64,000 nt of DNA from Vicinamibacteria bacterium (GTDB taxonomy: Bacteria > Acidobacteriota > Vicinamibacteria > Marinacidobacterales > Marinacidobacteraceae). The DNA lies in assembly GCA_963422395.1 (NCBI GenBank), contig OY729431.1, forward strand, positions 2,080,001 to 2,144,000. The letters run 5' to 3'. Below are positions 57,655 to 64,000 of the stretch, one piece after another (position 1 is the stretch's first letter; each line of letters opens with the position of its first letter). The notes beneath the pieces were generated by a model. It searched no databases. It was not told the DNA's origin and saw only the letters and a list, made by a program, of their open reading frames with translations. Both the position numbers and the translations under genes were made by a program.

Positions 57655-58980
57655 TTACGCTGCCAGCAACCCCGGGAGCCGTCGCAGGTTCAACGCCAGG
57701 CAGACCAGGTCCCACTCTCCTTGCGCCTTGCGCAGCCCCCGGAAGCTGAACCGCCGGAACCCCATCACCTCCTTGATCCACCCGTGGGGCGCCTCGGACA
57801 GCCACTTCCGCGCCGCGTAGATCTTTCGCCCGGCGTGAGCCGCCAGTTTTTCTCTCATCCGGCGGGTCGCCGGGTGATGCTTCGCGGGAGTGCCCGCCGC
57901 CCGCTTCCGCCCTTCCCGTCCGACGGCGACATACCCGTCTATCCCGCGGGTTTCCAGCAGTGCCAGGTCCCGCTCGTTGCAGTATCCGGCATCAGCCAAC
58001 ACCACCGCCGGCACCGCGCCCAACTCTTCTCGCACCCGGTCCAGCAGCGCCGGCAGCTGCCCCTGGTCGCCCGCATTCGCCGTCAGCTGGTTCGACACCA
58101 CCAGCTGGTTCTCTCCGTCCACCGCCATCTGCGCGTTGTAGCACTGCTGGAACCCCTCGGCGCTCGTCTTCATGATCCGGCTCTCGGGGTCGGTGAAGTT
58201 CCCCTGCGCTTCCGCCTTCGGCTCCCCATGCGCGCGCTGGTAGCGCCGACCGTTCCCCGGACTGTGGGTCTGTCCGGGGACCCGCCCCCGCGCCTCGTCC
58301 CGCGCCCGCTGCTCCGCTTCCAGCTGCACCTTCGCCGCCCGGATCGCCGCCAACCGATCCTCCCGGCGCCGCAGCTCAGCCGGCAACTCGTCGCCGCGCC
58401 GCTCCGCCCCGTGGGCTGCGTCCTCCCGCTCGTCGGTCTCTCCCGCCTGCTCCAAATATCCCGCGATCTCCGCCGCAAGCCGCCGCTCCTCGGCCAGCAT
58501 CCGCCCATAACTCATCGCCTTGCGCTTGCTCGCGTTCGCCCGAACCTTCACCCCGTCCAGCGATAGCCTGCCGAAACGCACCAGCCCGCACTGCCGCGCC
58601 ACCCGCACCACCTCGACGAACAACTCCCGGAAATCCCCCAGATGCCGACGACGAAACTCGCAGATCGTCCGGTGCCTCGGGAAGTTCCTCGCCGCCAGCA
58701 TCCGAAACGCCACGTCCTCTTCCAGCTTCCGCGCAATCCCACGCGACGAAAACACCCCCGTCGCATAAGCGTAGATCAGCACCTTCACCATCATCCGCGG
58801 GTCATACGGCGCGTTCCGCCGCCCGTCCCCCGCATACGGCGCGTAGAACGCAGACAAGTCCAGCTCGTCCACCACATCGCTGATGTGATGCGCCAAATGC
58901 CCCTCCGGAACCCACTGCCGCAGATCCGGCGGCAACAAGAGCAGCTGCCCCGGCTGATACTGACGAAAACGCGTGCCCAT
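57655..58980 (-). CDS. IS1182-family DDE transposase
   Basis: PYDPRMMVKVLIYAY..GVFSSR.I, LDGVKVRANAS, TDPESRIM, YNAQ, LADAGY and E..HG.IK..MGFRRF..RG motifs. ORF intact. Confidence 0.92.
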   Translation of the reverse strand: MGTRFRQYQPGQLLLLPPDLRQWVPEGHLAHHISDVVDELDLSAFYAPYAGDGRRNAPYDPRMMVKVLIYAYATGVFSSRGIARKLEEDVAFRMLAARNFPRHRTICEFRRRHLGDFRELFVEVVRVARQCGLVRFGRLSLDGVKVRANASKRKAMSYGRMLAEERRLAAEIAGYLEQAGETDEREDAAHGAERRGDELPAELRRREDRLAAIRAAKVQLEAEQRARDEARGRVPGQTHSPGNGRRYQRAHGEPKAEAQGNFTDPESRIMKTSAEGFQQCYNAQMAVDGENQLVVSNQLTANAGDQGQLPALLDRVREELGAVPAVVLADAGYCNERDLALLETRGIDGYVAVGREGRKRAAGTPAKHHPATRRMREKLAAHAGRKIYAARKWLSEAPHGWIKEVMGFRRFSFRGLRKAQGEWDLVCLALNLRRLPGLLAA

Positions 58981-59026
58981 CGGAACCATCCCTCCCCGGA
59001 TCCGAGACGCCCTCGCCCCTTTTCCG

Positions 59027-59050
59027 TAAGTGTATGATATAAATGAGTTA
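59027..59050. promoter_or_regulatory. AT-rich imperfect palindrome, overlapping IHF-like sites upstream of transposase
   Basis: TAAGTGTATGATATAAATGAGTTA; each strand matches WATCAANNNNTTR with one mismatch. Confidence 0.4.
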
Positions 59051-59159
59051 TATGCCACGCAACCGTGTCGCCCCCCGGTCCCAACTCCCGAGCAGCCCGA
59101 CCGTCCGCTCGTCGCTACCACCATATGGCCCGCCCCGTTTCTGCGGCGCAGACTGCTAG

Positions 59160-59457
59160 CAGCCAGCTGTGCGATTCGGGGGCGGGGCGTAAAGATCGTG
59201 TTGCGTTTCGAACCCTCTATGGGAAGAGCGGGACGCCCCGCCCCCGAATCGCCCGGCGCTCCGCGCCGCGAATCCGAACTGCTGCCGCTCACGCCCCATC
59301 CCCAGATTCAGTGCGCAACCAAGCTGGATCGGGCGGCAGCGAGTCCGATTCGGTGTCACCAATTCGTGAACGGGGGTGAACCCCCTTTCACACTTTCCCA
59401 CGCTGCGACGCTCCCGAAGCTCCGCTTCGGGCGCAACATGTGTTTTTCCGGCCACGG
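59160..59457 (-). repeat. Structured repeat family B, single copy abutting the IS target site
   Basis: Homologous to 24506-24768 and to the reverse complement of the 50308 unit. Begins CAGCC directly after CTAG. Confidence 0.8.
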
Positions 59458-59588
59458 GCGAAACTCGCAGCTCTCAGGCAGGGCCTGAGGTGGTGCCGCG
59501 AATCCGCCGTGCGGGGTCCCGACCCCCTCCTGGAAGCGAATCCGCTTCTTCCCCCCCTTCGGATAGCCTCCCGACCGGGGTCCGTTTC

Positions 59589-60254
59589 GTGCTCGCCGTT
59601 CACTTCCTCACCATCGGACAGTCGCCGCGCCCGGATTCGGTGCCGGAGATCCTGAGTTTCCTGGGGGTTCACGCGGCCCGTATCCGGGTGATCGAGGCCG
59701 GAGCACTCGACGGACTCTCGCGGGATGAAGTGCGGGTTGGCACTCCCCGCCCCGGGGAGATGCCGCTCGTCTCGCGGCTTCGCGACGGCGAGGAAGTGAT
59801 CCTCGGGGAGCGGTTCGTGGAACAGCGGATCGCAGCTCTGGTGGACCGAGTTCCTGAGGGCGACTTCGCCGCCATCCTCTGCACCGGACCGTTCTCCGGG
59901 ATTCGCGAGCGGCCCGGGCTCTTGAAGGCCGGACCGATCTTCGACGAAGCCCTCCGGGCCGCCTGCCCTCAGGGGGGCACCGTGGGAATGCTCCTTCCAG
60001 AACCGCGGCAGGAGGAGGACGCGCGGCGACGGGTTCCGGCAGACAGCCGTTCGGTGATCGCCGTGGCCTCGCCCTACTCGGATCCGGAAGGAGTGGAGCG
60101 GCTCTCCGAAGAGTTCCGCGAGGCCGACCTCATCGGGCTGAACTGCCTCGGATACTCCGGAGCCCTCGCCCGCCTTCTGGAACGGAAGACCGGGAAACCC
60201 GTCGTTCTGGCGCGGCGGGCGCTGGCCGAAGCCCTGCGGGTCCGCATGGACTGA
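59589..60254 (+). CDS. AroM family protein
   Basis: LTIGQSPRPD, GALDG, LVSRLRDG, ILCTG.F, ASPY and LNCLGY motifs. Start inferred. Confidence 0.82.
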   Translation: MLAVHFLTIGQSPRPDSVPEILSFLGVHAARIRVIEAGALDGLSRDEVRVGTPRPGEMPLVSRLRDGEEVILGERFVEQRIAALVDRVPEGDFAAILCTGPFSGIRERPGLLKAGPIFDEALRAACPQGGTVGMLLPEPRQEEDARRRVPADSRSVIAVASPYSDPEGVERLSEEFREADLIGLNCLGYSGALARLLERKTGKPVVLARRALAEALRVRMD

Positions 60255-60255
60255 G

Positions 60256-61843
60256 ATGATGAAGCGGCGTCATCCGACGCTGCTCGAGCCGGGGGTCCTG
60301 CTCCTCGGAGCCGGGGTCGCTCTCCTCGGCGCGGTGATCGGCATGGAGTTGCTGACGCAGGTGGGGATCACCCCGAACAGTTCGATCATCGCGGCGGTGC
60401 TCGCCATCGCGGTGGGGCGCGTCCCGCTCGCCTTCACCCGCCGCTTTCGGAGCACGGCGCGGCAGAACCTGCTGCAGACGATCATCTCGGCAGCGACCTT
60501 CGGCGGCGCGAACGCCGTGCTGCTGCCGGCCGGGATGGTCTGGCTGTTCGGGCGCCCCGACCTCGTGCCGGTGATGATCTTCGGCGCGGTACTCGGCGCG
60601 CTGCTGGACATCGCGATGCTCTATCGGCTGTTCGGCAGCCGGGCATTCCCCGAGGAGGGGCTCTGGCCGGCAGGAGTCGCCGCCGCGGAATGCCTGCGGG
60701 CCGGTGACGAGGGCGGCAGACGCGCGCGCTGGTTGCTCGCCGGAGGGGCGCTGGGCGCCCTCGGCCGCGCCGTGGGAGTGCCCGCGGACATCGTCGGAGT
60801 GTGCTGGATCGGCAACCAGGCCGCCCTCCTCATGTTCGGGCTCGGACTCCTCGCGCGTGGGTACGCACCGGATCTCTTCGGGCTGGACCTCGCCGCGTTG
60901 CACGCCCCGCACGGAGTCATGATCGGAGCCGGCGCCGTCGCGCTCTGGCAGATGGGGCGCGCGGTGCATGGCCGGCGCGCGGCACGCGAATCGGATGCTG
61001 CGGAACCGCCATCCGCCGCCGAACGGCCACCAGGCCCTTCGGTCTTCGCAGCCGGCTATGCGGGATTCGCTGCCGCCTCCGCGCTCGTTGCTCTTTCGGC
61101 CGGCCTGGCGACCGGGATGGGTGTCCTCGGGCTCCTCGCCTTCGCTGCCTTCGCAGCGGCCGCGGCGCTCATCTCCGAACTGCTGGTCGGAGTGTCGGCG
61201 ATGCACTCGGGATGGTTCCCGGCGTTCGCGACCTCGCTCGTTTTCCTGCTGCTCGGAATGCTGCTCGGGTTCCCGCCGCTGGCGCTGGTCCTGCTCGCGG
61301 GCTTCGCATCCGCCACCGGACCCGCCTTCGCCGACATGGGATACGACCTGAAGGCGGGCTGGATCCTCCGCGGCAGCGGGCGAGACCCCCGACTACGAAC
61401 GGGAAGGCCGACGAGCGCAGCGCGCCGCCGAGGTATTCGGACTGCTCGTCGCCTCCGGGCTCGTGTTGCTGACCTACACGGCGTATTTCGAGGCGGATCT
61501 CTTCCCGCCGTACGCCCGGGTCGCGGCGGCGACCGTCGCCGCCGGGCTCGATCCGACACTTGCGGCAGAGCTCGCGCTCTGGGCGGCACCGGGAGCGCTC
61601 CTCCAATGGCTCGGCGGAGCGAACCGACAGCTGGGAGTGTTGTTCGCCACCGGGCTCCTCATCCTGCATCCCGTCGCGGGATGGACCGCGCTCGCCGCCC
61701 TCCTGCTCCGTCGGATCGTGAGCCTTCGGACCGGGGCCCGGCTGGACGGGACTCGGTTCGTGCTCGCCGGAGGCCTGATCGCCGGAAGCGCTCTCACGAG
61801 CTTCGCCTCGGGCGCCGCTTCCAGCATGTTGCACCGCCGCTGA
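60256..61843 (+). pseudogene. OPT/YSL-family transporter, +1 frameshift at C5 run 61386-61390
   Basis: GITPNSSII, QNLLQT.ISAATFG, AMHSGWFPAFA and ADMGYDLKAGW motifs. Removing one C joins the N-part to the 61463-61843 ORF. Confidence 0.82.
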
Positions 61844-61996
61844 CCGGACGGTTGGCCGGCCGACTGGGGGGGCCATCGCGGCCAACGCGAAAAGCGGTTC
61901 TCCTGTTCCGCGCAGAAGGGTTCTCCCGATCGAATCCCCGGACGGAACGCACCCGTTCGGCCCCGCGCGCCGGAAGACGGCGGTACCATCGGGCCG

Positions 61997-62935
61997 ATGG
62001 TTGGAGGCGGCCGGTTTCGAGGCGGCCAGGCCGTTGCCGCGCTCATCGGGTCCGGCCGGTTCCGGCGAGGGTCGCCCGCGCCCTGGCGATGCCGCTTCCC
62101 GTTCTTCGGATTCTTTTCGGCCGCGCTCGCAGGGTGTGCGGGTCAGCCGGCAGGAGACGGGCCGGGGCCGCTGGTGGTGGCCGCCGATGTGGGGTTCGCC
62201 CCGCACGCGATGATGGCCGCGAACGGCGAAGTGGAAGGCTTCAATGTGGACCTCGCCCGCGAGATCGCCCGGAGTCTCGGCCGCCCGGGATACCGCATCG
62301 TGGACTCCGAGTGGTCGTCCATCTTCTCGGGCCTCTACGCGGGGAAGTTCGAGTTCGTCATCGCCCCCACCACGATCACCGAAGGCCGCGCCCACCGGGT
62401 GCTGCTGAGCGAGGGGTACCTCGACACCGACCCCGTTTTCCTGCGGCGGAGGGACGCCCCCGAGCTCGAAGACCTCGACCAGCTCCGGGGAGAGGAGATC
62501 GCGGTGAACAACGGTTCGGCTTACGACCTCTGGGCCACCGAGAACCGGGAGGCACTCGGATTCGAGGTCCTGCGCTACGGCAAGAACGCAGACGCGGTAC
62601 AGGCGGTGCTCTCGGGCCGCGCCTTCGCCAATCTCGTCGGTGAATCCGTGGCGCTTTGGGCAGTCCGGAAGAACCCGGCGGTGCGCGCCGACTTCCGCAT
62701 CCGCGCGGAGACCGCGTTCGCCATCGCCTTCCGGAACGAGGATCGCGACCTCCGGAACGAGGTCGAGACGATCCTGGAATGCTTGAAGGCGGACGGGACC
62801 CTCGCCCGCATCCACCGGGACTGGCTGGGCGCCGAACCCGCTCCGGGCTCGGCAGCGGTGACCCCGAGGGACGGTTTCGGCCCTCCCGGCCTTCCCGGAT
62901 TCGAGGCGACGCCCGGCCGGAAACCCTGCCGGTGA
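61997..62935 (+). CDS. Polar amino-acid ABC transporter substrate-binding lipoprotein
   Basis: ALAGC lipobox, EGFNVDLA, TITEGR and DGTLARIH..W motifs. Start uncertain. Confidence 0.85.
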   Translation: MVGGGRFRGGQAVAALIGSGRFRRGSPAPWRCRFPFFGFFSAALAGCAGQPAGDGPGPLVVAADVGFAPHAMMAANGEVEGFNVDLAREIARSLGRPGYRIVDSEWSSIFSGLYAGKFEFVIAPTTITEGRAHRVLLSEGYLDTDPVFLRRRDAPELEDLDQLRGEEIAVNNGSAYDLWATENREALGFEVLRYGKNADAVQAVLSGRAFANLVGESVALWAVRKNPAVRADFRIRAETAFAIAFRNEDRDLRNEVETILECLKADGTLARIHRDWLGAEPAPGSAAVTPRDGFGPPGLPGFEATPGRKPCR

Positions 62936-63660
62936 GCCCGGTTCTCGAGCTTCGCGGAGTCGGCAAGAGCTTCGCTGGCGTCCCGGCTCTCCGCGACATC
63001 CAACTGACGGTCGGCGCATCCGAGCTGGTCGCGTTGATCGGCCCTTCCGGCTCCGGCAAGAGCACCCTGCTCCGCTGCTGCAACCGCCTGACGGAACCCG
63101 ACTGCGGCAAGGTCTTCTTCGAGGGGCAGGAAGTGCCAGCGGGAGGCCCGGGACTCGCCCGCATCCGCCGTCGAATGGGCATGGTCTTCCAGGCATTCGA
63201 CCTCTACCCGCACCTGAGCGCATTGGGGAACGCCGCACTCGCCCCCCGCCGGGCGGCGGGTCTGGGGCAGGCCGAAGCGAAGGAAGTCGCCCGGGAAGCG
63301 CTCGGGCGGGTGGGTCTCGGGGATCGGGAGCGCGCGATGCCGCGCGAACTCTCGGGAGGCCAGCAACAGCGGGTGGCCATCGCGCGGGCACTTGCACTCC
63401 GGCCCCGCATCCTGCTCCTCGACGAGCCCACGAGCGCCCTCGACCCCGAACTCGTGAGCAGCGTCCTGCGCGTGATCCGCTCGCTCAAGCAGGATGGCGT
63501 GGCCATGCTGATCGCCACCCACGAAATCGGCTTCGCCCGCGAGGCCGCCGACCGGATCGACTTTCTCGCCGAGGGACGGGTCCTCGAGAGCGGCTCCCCC
63601 GAACGAATGCTGGATCACCCCCGAACCGAGCGGCTGCGGAATTTCCTCCCGCGACTCTGA
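62932..63660 (+). CDS. Amino-acid ABC transporter ATP-binding protein
   Basis: GPSGSGKSTLLRC, GMVFQ, LSGGQQQRVAIARAL and DEPTSALDPE motifs. Confidence 0.93.
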   Translation: MSPVLELRGVGKSFAGVPALRDIQLTVGASELVALIGPSGSGKSTLLRCCNRLTEPDCGKVFFEGQEVPAGGPGLARIRRRMGMVFQAFDLYPHLSALGNAALAPRRAAGLGQAEAKEVAREALGRVGLGDRERAMPRELSGGQQQRVAIARALALRPRILLLDEPTSALDPELVSSVLRVIRSLKQDGVAMLIATHEIGFAREAADRIDFLAEGRVLESGSPERMLDHPRTERLRNFLPRL

Positions 63661-63663
63661 AGG

Positions 63664-64000
63664 GTGCGGATCTTCTTCGACCCCGAGGTTCTCGGGGCGG
63701 CTTGGCCCGCGGTCCGCTCGGGCATCGGGGTCACCCTGGGCCTCGCGCTCGCCTCGATCGCTGCCGGGACCACCCTCGGCATCGGTCTCGCTTCGATCCG
63801 CGCGTTGATCCGAACTGCTCCTCTGCGTCCGATCGGTGCGCTGATCGCCGGGTACGCCGATGTCTTCCGCGCCCTTCCGCCGCTCGTGCTGCTGGTGATC
63901 CTCTATTTCGCCGCACCGTTCGCCGGAATCGAACTGAGCGGCTTCGCCGCCTCGTTCGCCGCCCTGGGGCTTTCGCTCGGCGCTTCCGCCGAGGAGATCT
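63664..64000 (+). CDS. Amino-acid ABC transporter permease (3' truncated)
   Basis: Manual translation gives VRIFFDPEVL...GVTLGLAL...YADVFRALPPLVLLVILYF...AEEI. Confidence 0.85.
   Translation, partial: MRIFFDPEVLGAAWPAVRSGIGVTLGLALASIAAGTTLGIGLASIRALIRTAPLRPIGALIAGYADVFRALPPLVLLVILYFAAPFAGIELSGFAASFAALGLSLGASAEEI

Larger units (their letters stand above)
57475..59155 (-). mobile_element. IS1182-like insertion sequence (1681 bp)
   Basis: Perfect 14-bp IR AGTCTGCGCCGCAG at both ends. CTAG direct repeats at 57471-57474 and 59156-59159. Confidence 0.9.

Noticed and set aside
61380-61395. Phase variation in the OPT gene
   Set aside because: A C5 run is too short. A homopolymer sequencing error is more likely.

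Overview
High-GC bacterial chromosome segment. The gene content (GWxTD protein, SpoIVB-like S55 peptidase plus beta-propeller pair, VPS10/BNR protein, ASPIC/UnbV protein, multiheme-TPR cytochromes) suggests Acidobacteriota; this is inference only. It holds about 48 genes. Housekeeping genes are pheS/pheT, rsgA, hflX, mltG, rnhB, ahcY, tpx, xseA/xseB/ispA/nadK, tRNA-fMet and tRNA-Thr. There are also envelope and transport genes, and two genes with 1-nt frameshifts that are probably sequencing errors. The most striking structure is non-coding. An intact IS1182-like element (57475-59155) has 14-bp terminal IRs and a CTAG duplication. Three families of short structured repeats are associated with it. 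Families A (about 169 bp) and C (about 109 bp) share its CAGYCTG-type termini and CTAR-like flanks. Family B (about 243-300 bp) has no clear terminal IR pair, and one copy abuts the IS target. A and B each form a 3-copy tandem array. The A hairpin shows compensatory changes between copies. Element ends repeatedly complete TGnTAGnnT extended -10 motifs or overlap the N-termini of neighbouring genes. C carries NrdR-box-like palindromes. Protein-level oddities include a 5-heme/ASPIC/8-heme triad, an S41 protease with Cys/Arg in place of Ser/Lys, a tandem-duplicated XseB, a CarD lacking the Trp motif, and a sigma-54 activator with no sensor domain. No CRISPR array is present.
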